Both the position numbers and the translations under genes were made by a program. This document shows, piece after piece, positions 1 through 8,530 of a stretch of DNA of 64,000 bases (position 1 is its first letter; each line of letters begins with the position of its first letter). The notes under the pieces are model-generated. The model saw only the letters and a program-made list of their open reading frames with translations, searched no databases and was not told the origin of the DNA. This stretch comes from Candidatus Komeilibacteria bacterium CG11_big_fil_rev_8_21_14_0_20_36_20. Lineage in GTDB: Bacteria > Patescibacteriota > Patescibacteriia > UBA1558 > GWA2-36-10. The stretch spans positions 76,458 through 140,457 of the forward strand of contig PCWQ01000012.1 of the NCBI GenBank assembly GCA_002787405.1, in the 5' to 3' direction.

Positions 1-2490
1 AGTCACCCCATAAATTATTTTGGCCTGATGCATAGTCGCCCGATTATGAGTAATGGCAATAAATTGTGTTTTAGAAGAGAGCTCCTCTAAAATTTTGACA
101 AAACGGATGGAGTTGTGTTCATCAAGAGCGGCGTCAACCTCATCTAAGACCACAAAAGGTGAAGGATTGTTGGCGATAATAGCACAAATCAGAGCGATGG
201 AAGTTAGTGCTTTTTCTCCGCCGGAAAGCATATTGATGTTAGATAATTTTTTACCAGACGGCACAGCTTTAATATCAATACCATAGCTTCGCTTAGCTGG
301 AATATTTCCCTGGCTTTCTACTTCTTCATTTTCATCTTCTGTCGCTGTTTCTTCAATAATATTTAAAATTAATTCAGCCCGACCGCCATCAAATAACTTT
401 TTGAAATATTTGTCAAACAATTTATTAATGTTACGGAACGAAGCATCAAATTGAGAGGAAATTGACTGATCTAGATCTTTAATCAGTTTTTCTAAATGAT
501 TAATTGCCTTATCCAAATCATCAGTCTGTTCTTTCAAAAAATCATATCTTTCTTTAACTTCTTTATATTCTTCTACCACAGTTTGATCAATGCCACCGAT
601 AATCTGTAATTGATTCTTAGTATTATTTATTTTCTGGCGAGTTTCTTCTAAATCAATCCGACTTACTTTGTCTTTGATCTTAAAATCAAGACACTCTTCT
701 TTGATTTCTTTATTTAAATCTTCCTGTTTAGTCTCTAAGCGAGCCAAAACAACTTTCAGATTGTTGAGTTCATTATTTTTTAGGTTAAACTCCTGTTGAA
801 CCTGACGAAATTTTTTCTGAGCTTGCACTAGCACCTGCTTTTTGCCCTCCTCCTCTTTGTTGAATGACTGAATTTGTTTTTTTAGCTCCTCAATCTCTTG
901 ATTTTTAACGTCAATTTGATCCTGCAAAACTTTCTGTTCCTTAACCAACTCCTCACCGCTTGATAGATTGTCTAAAAATTGATTATTTGACTCCAATCTA
1001 GTCAACTCTAAGTCATCCCTATTCAACTGTGACTCCAATTGAGCAATATCATTCTCCAATAAAACTAACTTGACTCGCAAATCATTAATTTGGTTGGTTA
1101 AGTCATCTCGCCCTTTAAGTAAGCGGCTAAATTCTCGGCTCAAATCATGCTTCCCTTCTGCTTCGGCTTTGCTAAATTTCTGCCACAGCGATTCAATAAG
1201 CTTCGTAATTTGAGCGCAAACTTTTTTGAGTTTAGATAAGTCTTCAAGTGTCTGAATTTGGTCAAAATCTTCCTCAAATCTCTGCTGCTCCTTAAAAATT
1301 TTATTCAATTCACCAGATAATTCTACTGTTGACAAATCAACTTGCTCGGCTTTAGTTAATTCTCTCTCCACTATTCTAAAACTATCTAAAACAACTTTCT
1401 GCTTTTCTTTTAATAAAGCTTGTTCTTTTTTAAGCTTACTTAAACTCTTCTTTTTATCACTTAATAATAAATTATTTTTATCTATTTGATTTTTCAAATC
1501 ATCAATCCTCTTATTCAACCAGACCAAGTCGCTCTGGCCCCGGGCAATTAACTCTAAATCTGATCGACCCTCCAAAATAGTCTTTTCTTTTAGTAAACTA
1601 TTTAATTCATTTTGGAGTTGACTTAATTTATTCTGTAATAACTCAAAACTTTCCTGTCGAGAAACAGTCTGCTCACCTTTATCCAATTGCGTCTGTAATT
1701 CTATCAGCTGTTGATTTAAATTAGAAACCTCTTGCTGTAAACCCTCAAATTTCTTCTGATTTTCCTGAATATCTTGATTTAAATTATTACCCAAAAAACT
1801 ATAATATTCTGTCTGTAATTCCTTAAGAACACCCTCTAGTCTTTCCCGTTTTTCTAACTTATTAACCTGACGAGTCAAGCCGCGTAATCGTGGCTCAAGC
1901 TCAGAAAAAATCTGACTGCTTTGCTCTAAATTTCTTTTCGTATTAGTCAGCTTGTTAATTGACTGCTCTTTTTTAATTTGAAACTGTCGGACTCCGGTGG
2001 CTTCATCAAAAAACTCTTTTCGTTCAGTCGAAGACCTAGTTAAAATGGAATCAATCATGCCTTGGCCAATAACGCTATAAGTTTTCTGGCCAAAATTAGC
2101 GCGAGCTAACAAAAGCTGCACATCCAGTAATCTAACTTTATTATTATTAATTAAATATTCACTTTCACCCTTGCGATCAATTCGACGACTCACAATAATC
2201 TGATCATAATCAATACCACCCGCATGATCTCTATTATCCAGATAAAGCTCAACTCTGGCCCAACCTAGGCGCCCTTTTTTATCAGAACCAGCAAAAATTA
2301 CATCCTCCGACTTTTTCCCGCGCAAAACTTTAGTGCTTTGTTCTCCTAAAACCCATCGCACTGCATCAGTAATATTAGATTTACCCGAACCATTAGGGCC
2401 GACAATGGCCGTCAATTCCCGATTAAAAACCAACCCTGCCGGTTTGGCAAAAGATTTAAAACCTTGAATTTCTAATTTCTCTAAATACAT
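1..2490 (-). CDS. smc: Chromosome segregation protein SMC (runs off the left edge close to its C-terminus; apparently hingeless)
   Basis: Manual translation from ATG at 2490: MYLEKLEIQGFKSFA...GPNGSGKSN (Walker A), coiled coil, then LSGGEK, VVLDEVDAALD and ITHN near position 1. Absent from the ORF track because it is truncated. Confidence 0.95.
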   Translation of the reverse strand, partial: MYLEKLEIQGFKSFAKPAGLVFNRELTAIVGPNGSGKSNITDAVRWVLGEQSTKVLRGKKSEDVIFAGSDKKGRLGWARVELYLDNRDHAGGIDYDQIIVSRRIDRKGESEYLINNNKVRLLDVQLLLARANFGQKTYSVIGQGMIDSILTRSSTERKEFFDEATGVRQFQIKKEQSINKLTNTKRNLEQSSQIFSELEPRLRGLTRQVNKLEKRERLEGVLKELQTEYYSFLGNNLNQDIQENQKKFEGLQQEVSNLNQQLIELQTQLDKGEQTVSRQESFELLQNKLSQLQNELNSLLKEKTILEGRSDLELIARGQSDLVWLNKRIDDLKNQIDKNNLLLSDKKKSLSKLKKEQALLKEKQKVVLDSFRIVERELTKAEQVDLSTVELSGELNKIFKEQQRFEEDFDQIQTLEDLSKLKKVCAQITKLIESLWQKFSKAEAEGKHDLSREFSRLLKGRDDLTNQINDLRVKLVLLENDIAQLESQLNRDDLELTRLESNNQFLDNLSSGEELVKEQKVLQDQIDVKNQEIEELKKQIQSFNKEEEGKKQVLVQAQKKFRQVQQEFNLKNNELNNLKVVLARLETKQEDLNKEIKEECLDFKIKDKVSRIDLEETRQKINNTKNQLQIIGGIDQTVVEEYKEVKERYDFLKEQTDDLDKAINHLEKLIKDLDQSISSQFDASFRNINKLFDKYFKKLFDGGRAELILNIIEETATEDENEEVESQGNIPAKRSYGIDIKAVPSGKKLSNINMLSGGEKALTSIALICAIIANNPSPFVVLDEVDAALDEHNSIRFVKILEELSSKTQFIAITHNRATMHQAKIIYGVT

Positions 2491-2560
2491 ATAAAAAAAT
2501 AATGTCTGACTAAGACATTAATATTTTAACACATTTTATCACTTAAATAAATGTTGTTGG

Positions 2561-3256
2561 CTACTGCCATTTCTTAATTTTTAAACCATTGGCCGCCGCA
2601 TCAGTTTGAGCTTCTTGTTTGCTATATCCCTTACCTTTGGCGATCAAATTCTTATCCAAATAAATACCCACCACAAATTTTTTATTATGATCAGGGCCAG
2701 TTTCAGATAAAACTTTATAATAAGGAGTAAGGCCTAAAACTTCCTGCGCTTTTTCCTGAAACCTACTTTTAGAATCTATATAAGAGCCATCATTTATAAT
2801 TTTATCTAAATGAATGATAAGATTCTTCCTAATAAATTTCTCGGCTACTTTATAACCTCCATCGAGATAAATAGCCCCGACAATGGCTTCAAAGGCATTA
2901 GCTAAGATATAGTGGCGTGCTTTTTCATTATTGTCTTTGGCTTCCCCTCGACTCAAATATAAAAAATTATAAAACCCTAAATCTTCCGCCTGCTCAGCCA
3001 AGCGAGCTGCATTGACCAAACTAGAACGCCAGTTAGTGAGCGTGCCTTCCGGATCTTTATAATTTTGGAAAAGATAATCTGTCACTACCAACTCTAAAAC
3101 CGCATCGCCTAAAAACTCTAGACGCTCATTATGATCTAAGAAAAAATTTTTATGCTCATTGAGATAAGAGCGATGAACTAGGGCCATTTTTAATAAATTT
3201 TTATCTTTAAAACTTACCCCTAATATCTCCTCTAAATTTTCTAATACTTTGTTCAT
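2561..3256 (-). CDS. rnc: Ribonuclease III
   Basis: HNERLEFLGDAVL signature plus C-terminal dsRBD. Confidence 0.97.
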   Translation of the reverse strand: MNKVLENLEEILGVSFKDKNLLKMALVHRSYLNEHKNFFLDHNERLEFLGDAVLELVVTDYLFQNYKDPEGTLTNWRSSLVNAARLAEQAEDLGFYNFLYLSRGEAKDNNEKARHYILANAFEAIVGAIYLDGGYKVAEKFIRKNLIIHLDKIINDGSYIDSKSRFQEKAQEVLGLTPYYKVLSETGPDHNKKFVVGIYLDKNLIAKGKGYSKQEAQTDAAANGLKIKKWQ

Positions 3257-3304
3257 CTTGCTATTATACTCCTATTAAAATTTTAAAATTTCTAATGGGT
3301 TTTA

Positions 3305-4168
3305 TTATTCTATCTCTAATTTTTTTAAGGCCTCTTTAAAAATATCTTTAGCATTTTCATATCCTAGTGCCTCTAGTGCCTCTTTTTTGGAAAACCACTT
3401 AACATCTTTTACCTCTTCTGTAATCGGCTTTTGGATTTCCGTATTAGTGGTTTTAATTAAAAAATATTTTATTAACTTCCGAAATGGTTTTTCTTCAGGC
3501 TTATGAACCTTAACTTGGGTCTCACCTAAATAATCAATAACCTCCAAATTTTTCAAGCCGGTTTCCTCGGTTAATTCGCGCAAAGCTGTCTTTTCTAACT
3601 CTTCTCCTTGCTCTACATGACCCTTTGGAAAAGTCCACTTGTTATAAGCATCTAAAATCAAAACAAAATAATAACCATCTTCAGCTTGGCGGTAAATTAA
3701 ACCACCTGATGAAATTTCTTTAATCCCTTGGCTTTCTAAGCTTTGTTTCTCACCCTTTTTAGCCATCTCTTTATAAATACTGCCTAAAACTCCGTTAACA
3801 AATTTACCACTGGAATCCCCACCAAAGGCCTTGGCTAATTCTATAGCCTCATTAATTGCCACCTTAGGTGGAATTTCTTGAGAGATTTTCAACTCATAGG
3901 CACCAATCCGCAGAACATTGCGATCAGTGGTGATAATCTGATCCAATGGCCATTCTGGAGCAAATTTAACAATTAGCGCATCAATTTTTTCTTTATTTTT
4001 AATTACTGCTTGCGCTAAATTTAAAGCAAAGTCCTGATCGTCAAAATCAGGAGCAAATTCTTTTTTGTTTTGCCTAATCAGCTCTTTGATATCTCGCTGG
4101 CCGTTATTAAAATCCCACTCAAAAAGAGCCTGCAAGGCAATGGTTCTAGCTAGATGTCGATTGGCCAT
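3305..4168 (-). CDS. nusB: Transcription antitermination factor NusB fused to a C-terminal NUDIX hydrolase
   Basis: RHLARTIALQALF...DRNVLRIG...INEAIELAKAFG...FVNGVL, then WTFPKGHVEQGEELEKTALRELTEETGL (Nudix box). Confidence 0.93.
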   Translation of the reverse strand: MANRHLARTIALQALFEWDFNNGQRDIKELIRQNKKEFAPDFDDQDFALNLAQAVIKNKEKIDALIVKFAPEWPLDQIITTDRNVLRIGAYELKISQEIPPKVAINEAIELAKAFGGDSSGKFVNGVLGSIYKEMAKKGEKQSLESQGIKEISSGGLIYRQAEDGYYFVLILDAYNKWTFPKGHVEQGEELEKTALRELTEETGLKNLEVIDYLGETQVKVHKPEEKPFRKLIKYFLIKTTNTEIQKPITEEVKDVKWFSKKEALEALGYENAKDIFKEALKKLEIE

Positions 4169-4174
4169 TCTTTA

Positions 4175-4366
4175 TTACTTGTTTACTCCGCCTTTGGCGG
4201 TAATTTTTTTCTCCCCTTTATAATAACCGCATTTCGGACAAGCGCGATGCGGTAATAAACTAGTGCCGCAATTTGAACATTTCACTATGCTTGGTTTATG
4301 TAAAGCAAAATGCGAAGCTCTGCGTCGGGCTGATGATTTAGTTCTTTTTTGTGTAGGAGTTCCCAT
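4175..4366 (-). CDS. rpmF: 50S ribosomal protein L32
   Basis: Basic N-terminus, CSNCG...HRACPKCGYY zinc-ribbon pattern. Confidence 0.95.
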   Translation of the reverse strand: MGTPTQKRTKSSARRRASHFALHKPSIVKCSNCGTSLLPHRACPKCGYYKGEKKITAKGGVNK

Positions 4367-4491
4367 AATTTTTTACAAATTAAGTGCTTCTGATGTTACC
4401 TTAAAAACACTTTATAGTCAAGATACGCTGGCTACGGAAGATCTACAGATAAGTATAAAAATCAAGCTTATTATAACAATTTTATTAGGAC

Positions 4492-4520
4492 TTGACAAGA
4501 ACATCAAGATATGATATCAT
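4492..4520 (+). promoter_or_regulatory. Sigma70 promoter
   Basis: TTGACA-17 nt-TATCAT with extended TG; no long downstream CDS on + strand. Confidence 0.75.
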
Positions 4521-4554
4521 AATTTATTCCAAAATAAAAACAAATATACAAAAA

Positions 4555-4672
4555 TATGTTCCCTGACAACTGTGTCCACGACAAGCATGGGGATCATTCT
4601 TTAGATTTAATTTGGCTCAGGCTCAATTTTTTCAGAAAATGATTTTCTTGGACACAGTTGTTTGGGAATATA
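4555..4672 (+). ncRNA. Candidate rod-shaped structured ncRNA
   Basis: 24-bp closing stem (4555-4578 with 4649-4672; 1 mismatch, 2 G-U), inner stem GGGGATCATT/AATGATTTTC, lying between a promoter and a terminator. Confidence 0.6.
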
Positions 4673-4698
4673 AAACCCCTGTTATAAAGGGGTTTTTT
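4673..4698. terminator. Bidirectional intrinsic terminator
   Basis: AAAACCCCT-gttataa-AGGGGTTTTTT. Confidence 0.75.
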
Positions 4699-4701
4699 AT
4701 T

Positions 4702-6567
4702 TTATAAATCTTCTGGAGTAGAGCTGGCTTGTTCTGCTAATAATTCTTCCTCGGTCACGCCAAGCAAACAAACCTCCTGCCAAGGAATATAATGGCTATA
4801 AAAAGTTTCCTGCCTTGGTTCATTTTCATCTGAGTGATAAACAGTATAATCAAATTTAGCATCGGCTCCATTATGCGCTCTTTCAGTACATTTTTCTTGG
4901 CCAATCGGCAAATCAGTTGTCTTTACTATTTTTTTTGGTGGTGGCGCAACAATATTATAAATAATCGGACTAGTAGTAGTAGCGGTGCGACCATCCGAAG
5001 TGCCCCAGAAGTCAAAATATAAATCATTATCTTCAATACGCGTCTGTAGCAAAATATAATGCCCAGTGTCATTCAAAAATTTAAAATCAGGCCAGGGATT
5101 ATAAATTGTAGCATCAGTACCGGCCGGTTCATAATAAGACACCCGATAAGAATGATTGCGTCGTTCTATAATCGGCAAACCCGTACTTAAGGCGCCGCGA
5201 AACATAGTGGTACCAATCTGACATAAACCACCGCCATATTCTGGAACAGTTTCATTGCCCTTAATAACCAATTCCTGTTTATAGCCATGCTCCCCATCAA
5301 TTTCACCTAAAGCTGTAACCAAAGAGAATTCTTGATCCGGGGCAATCAACAAACCATTTAAAGTGTCGCCGCCTATTCCAATATTGTGAACTCTGTTGGG
5401 CGGACTATATTGAAAATTAGAATGCCCTATGCCTATAATCTCTTTAATGCCAAGATTATTAACATCCTGATTTTTAACTTTAGCTCCAATAACATCAACT
5501 GCTAAATCCACCTTCGATCTATCAACTTGATTAAGAGCTTGCTCTAAAAGATAGAGTGTGTTCTCTATATTAATAACTCGACCGTCCTGACTATTAGTAA
5601 ATTCATCCACCCGACCGTCAACTAGTTTAAATCTAGCATCTTGAACTGATACTTCCACTTCATTTTTTATTTCAGCTGTCTCTAAATACTTCTCAAATAA
5701 TGGCAAATCCAAACCAACATAAGAACCATTGACTCCCATTTTAACTTTTAACCACGTCCGCCAAATCTCATTTGGCACTTCCCAGTTTTTCCCTTCAAAA
5801 CTCAGTTGAAAATCTCCCTTTTGAATAAAATATAAAATTTCCTGTTTTTTGGAGTTAATCAAAGCCGCCGTAATCACCGGCTGATCTTCAACTGTCTGCA
5901 AATTTATATCTTTATTAATCAAATTCTTAATTTGCTCGGCGGTATCATCCATGGCTCGGTGGTAATCAAAAGTAAGGCCAATTTGCTCCGGCACAACTTT
6001 TAAACTATTATCTATGATCTCAAAACTGGCCTCTGCTTTATCCATTAACAACCCTTTTAAATTACTAATCAATATTTCCAGATGCTGTTTCTGATCCCAA
6101 CTGTATTGCAACTCAAAATTACTGCCATTGGATAATGTTTTAATTTTACTAATTAAGTTACTTAAATGATTGTTGGATTGTTTTTTTTCTATAGCACCTA
6201 AGGTCTTATCTATTTCCCAATAAACCAAAGGATAGGAAGTGTCCGCCGATTCTATAGCCGGCACGTTAGGATAAATGACTACTGTTTTATCCGGAGTATT
6301 ATAGACAAATCCGCGACGACTAATAAAATCAATCCGCTGATTTATTTTCTCCTTAGCTTGTTCAAAATCTAAATTACCGATGTCTACTCCGGCTACTTCG
6401 GTGCCTTTAAGAAAAATCCCGTTATATTTACTGTTAATTGTAGCGTTAGCCGTTAAAACCGAAAGCCAAAGCACAATAAAAAGGGCCATTATCAGCAATG
6501 ACCACTTTAAGATAACGAAATGTTTTATATTAAGAAAAAAATTCTTTATTTTATCCATCTTTTTCAC
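4702..6567 (-). CDS. VanW family protein with N-terminal TM and peptidoglycan-binding-like repeats
   Basis: RVHNI, GGGLCQIGTTMFRGAL, ERRNHSYRVSYY, GTDATIY. Confidence 0.88.
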   Translation of the reverse strand: MKKMDKIKNFFLNIKHFVILKWSLLIMALFIVLWLSVLTANATINSKYNGIFLKGTEVAGVDIGNLDFEQAKEKINQRIDFISRRGFVYNTPDKTVVIYPNVPAIESADTSYPLVYWEIDKTLGAIEKKQSNNHLSNLISKIKTLSNGSNFELQYSWDQKQHLEILISNLKGLLMDKAEASFEIIDNSLKVVPEQIGLTFDYHRAMDDTAEQIKNLINKDINLQTVEDQPVITAALINSKKQEILYFIQKGDFQLSFEGKNWEVPNEIWRTWLKVKMGVNGSYVGLDLPLFEKYLETAEIKNEVEVSVQDARFKLVDGRVDEFTNSQDGRVINIENTLYLLEQALNQVDRSKVDLAVDVIGAKVKNQDVNNLGIKEIIGIGHSNFQYSPPNRVHNIGIGGDTLNGLLIAPDQEFSLVTALGEIDGEHGYKQELVIKGNETVPEYGGGLCQIGTTMFRGALSTGLPIIERRNHSYRVSYYEPAGTDATIYNPWPDFKFLNDTGHYILLQTRIEDNDLYFDFWGTSDGRTATTTSPIIYNIVAPPPKKIVKTTDLPIGQEKCTERAHNGADAKFDYTVYHSDENEPRQETFYSHYIPWQEVCLLGVTEEELLAEQASSTPEDL

Positions 6568-6778
6568 TATCTAAAAGTTCATTGAGAATCTTTTTTTGAT
6601 TCTCGTCAGAAGAAACTAGTGGTTTATAGTCAATACTTAAATACACCTTCTTATCTCTTTCTTTAAAATCATCTGCTAGATAATCAGTAATCACCACCTC
6701 AGCACCCGCATCGGCTTTCAAAAATACTTTTTCGTCTTCCTGACGGTCAAATTTTAATTCTAAATTTCTAACTATCAT
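6551..6778 (-). CDS. Small hypothetical protein
   Basis: 75-aa ORF packed between hsp20 and vanW; ends in a KKILNELL motif. Confidence 0.7.
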   Translation of the reverse strand: MIVRNLELKFDRQEDEKVFLKADAGAEVVITDYLADDFKERDKKVYLSIDYKPLVSSDENQKKILNELLDSEKDG

Positions 6779-6786
6779 AATAAAAA

Positions 6787-7290
6787 TTAATTCTCGTCTT
6801 CCACCTGAATATCAATATCCTGCTTTTTTGTTTTAGGTAAACTAATGGTTAAAATGCCGTTACGAATGGTGGCTTTAATTTTTTCTTCCATAACATCTAC
6901 CGGCAAAATAATAGAGCGAGAAAAACTCCCCCAATAACATTCCTGATAAAAATAATCTTCCTCTCTAATAGTTAAATCTTTTCTGCGCTTACCCCGAATT
7001 GTAATCATATCATTATCAAAAGTAATATCAATGTCCTCTGGCTCTACTCCGGCAATGGTAGACTTAATAATAATGTTATTTTTATCCTGATAAACATCAA
7101 CTGACAATTGCCCTTCTTCTTCTAACTCATCTGTTTCACCAGCCAAATCATCCCAAGATTCTTCGCTAAACTTAATTTCTTGTTCTTGATCCTCTTCTTT
7201 TTTTTCTTGCCTGTCGGTCTTCGACTCTGAGGGATGAGCCCTCAGGCTCAGACTCGAATGAGCAGATAGGGTTTTTTTCTTTTTAACCAT
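6787..7290 (-). CDS. Hsp20/alpha-crystallin small heat-shock protein
   Basis: VDVYQD...IAGVEPEDIDI...ECYWGSFSRSIILP...NGILTISLPK; N-terminus carries an in-frame palindromic insert. Confidence 0.92.
   Translation of the reverse strand: MVKKKKTLSAHSSLSLRAHPSESKTDRQEKKEEDQEQEIKFSEESWDDLAGETDELEEEGQLSVDVYQDKNNIIIKSTIAGVEPEDIDITFDNDMITIRGKRRKDLTIREEDYFYQECYWGSFSRSIILPVDVMEEKIKATIRNGILTISLPKTKKQDIDIQVEDEN
7206..7270 (-). repeat. Palindromic repeat inserted in the hsp20 coding region
   Basis: CCTATCTGC...GAGTCTGAGC-CTGAGGG/CCCTCAG-AGTCGAAGA...AGGCAAG; similar to the intergenic copy at 49693-49745. Confidence 0.7.
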
Positions 7291-7389
7291 ATTCTTGAGT
7301 TAAATTAATGACAACTTGTTTATATTATAAAATTTTATAGTCCTTTTGTAAAGAAACTTAAAAAAAATAGCTCCCAACTATTTAGGTTT

Positions 7390-7896
7390 TTATTTAATTA
7401 TATAAAGATATATGGTTCGTCTATTTTGGACTTTATCTATCTGATCAGGTTGCCAGTCTTCAAAAGGCCAAACATAGGCAATAACTTTTGTGCCTGGTTT
7501 TAATTCTTTTTGTAATTTTTTCTTGAGTTTAGGGTAAATACGAGGTATTAAAAAAAAGAAAACCACATCGGCTTCAGATAAATCAACCCACCAAAAGTCC
7601 CTAAATTTTATCGTGATTTTTGTTTTATTAAACAACTGTCTTACTTTGGCGATAGCATAGGGTAATAATGATATTTCAAAGCCCTTTGCTTTAGCTCCTT
7701 GTCTGGCAGCAGTAAAGAGTAATTTACCATCGCCACATCCTAGATCATAAACTTTTTGTCCAGCTTGGATGTTGGCCAATTTTAAAAATCTTTCCAAATC
7801 CTTGCTCTGCATCGGCACCCAGGAAATCGCCCTAAAAATAGAATAGAAAAAAGTCAGTAAAATTAAAAAAAGAAGGATTAATAGAAAAATATACAT
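7390..7896 (-). CDS. Membrane-anchored class I SAM-dependent methyltransferase
   Basis: N-terminal TM helix, VYDLGCGDG motif I. Confidence 0.88.
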   Translation of the reverse strand: MYIFLLILLFLILLTFFYSIFRAISWVPMQSKDLERFLKLANIQAGQKVYDLGCGDGKLLFTAARQGAKAKGFEISLLPYAIAKVRQLFNKTKITIKFRDFWWVDLSEADVVFFFLIPRIYPKLKKKLQKELKPGTKVIAYVWPFEDWQPDQIDKVQNRRTIYLYIIK

Positions 7897-7924
7897 TTTA
7901 ATAATTTCTAAATAAGCTGACGAA

Positions 7925-8001
7925 TGGTGGACGCGAGGGGACTTGAACCTCTGACCTCCACGATGTCAACGTGGCACTCTAACCAGCTGAGCTACGCGTC
8001 C
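7925..8001 (-). tRNA. tRNA-Val(GAC)
   Basis: GGACGCGTAGCTCAGCTGGTTAGAGTGCCACGTTGACATCGTGGAGGTCAGAGGTTCAAGTCCCCTCGCGTCCACCA; cloverleaf with encoded CCA. Confidence 0.96.
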
Positions 8002-8069
8002 TAAAAATAATTTTAATGTATAGCAACTCCCTACAACGCCTGCCAAGCTCGCCTTGCGTGGCAGGTGGG

Positions 8070-8091
8070 TAACCAACTGAGCTACACACCC
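8070..8091 (-). pseudogene. tRNA 5' fragment (acceptor strand plus D-arm start) abutting a palindrome at 8037-8067
   Basis: GGGTGTGTAGCTCAGTTGGTTA, followed by a CACCTGCCA...TGGCAGGCG hairpin instead of anticodon and T arms. Confidence 0.55.
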
Positions 8092-8530
8092 TTGATATAT
8101 TATTTACAGTTAAAAGTATAACAAATTGAAAAAAATTGTCTACTAAAAATTTTAAACATCAAAAAATCGCCAACTTCAGCGATTATTTTATTTATACGTA
8201 AATGGTTGCGCCAACCGAGTTATGAATGCCCTTCGACTACGCTCACTCGAGACATTCGATTCTTGATGAATAAGTGGTTGGAGGCGCTGGAAGCGCTGGA
8301 AACCATGAGTGAGTCCCGCATAGCGGGACGAATCGAATGGTACGGCCTAGTGAAGGAAGTTCAAACCTTTTACAGAATTAGGCATCAGAAAATTTTAATT
8401 CATTAATTACCAAAGGTACTTAGAGTATAGCAAGTTGGGATTTATTGTATAGAGGGAATAATTTGCTTAAAAAGACAAAAAGAGACTAAAATTTATTCAG
8501 TCTCTTTTTTCACGTTGAGGATATATTCTT

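Noticed and set aside
53-286. 77-aa + strand ORF, and similar short ORFs antisense to vanW, fabH-like, trxB, dnaA, dnaN, ruvA, rpoB, rpoC and yebC
   Set aside because: Shadow ORFs opposite or inside well-supported genes, with no motifs or start signals
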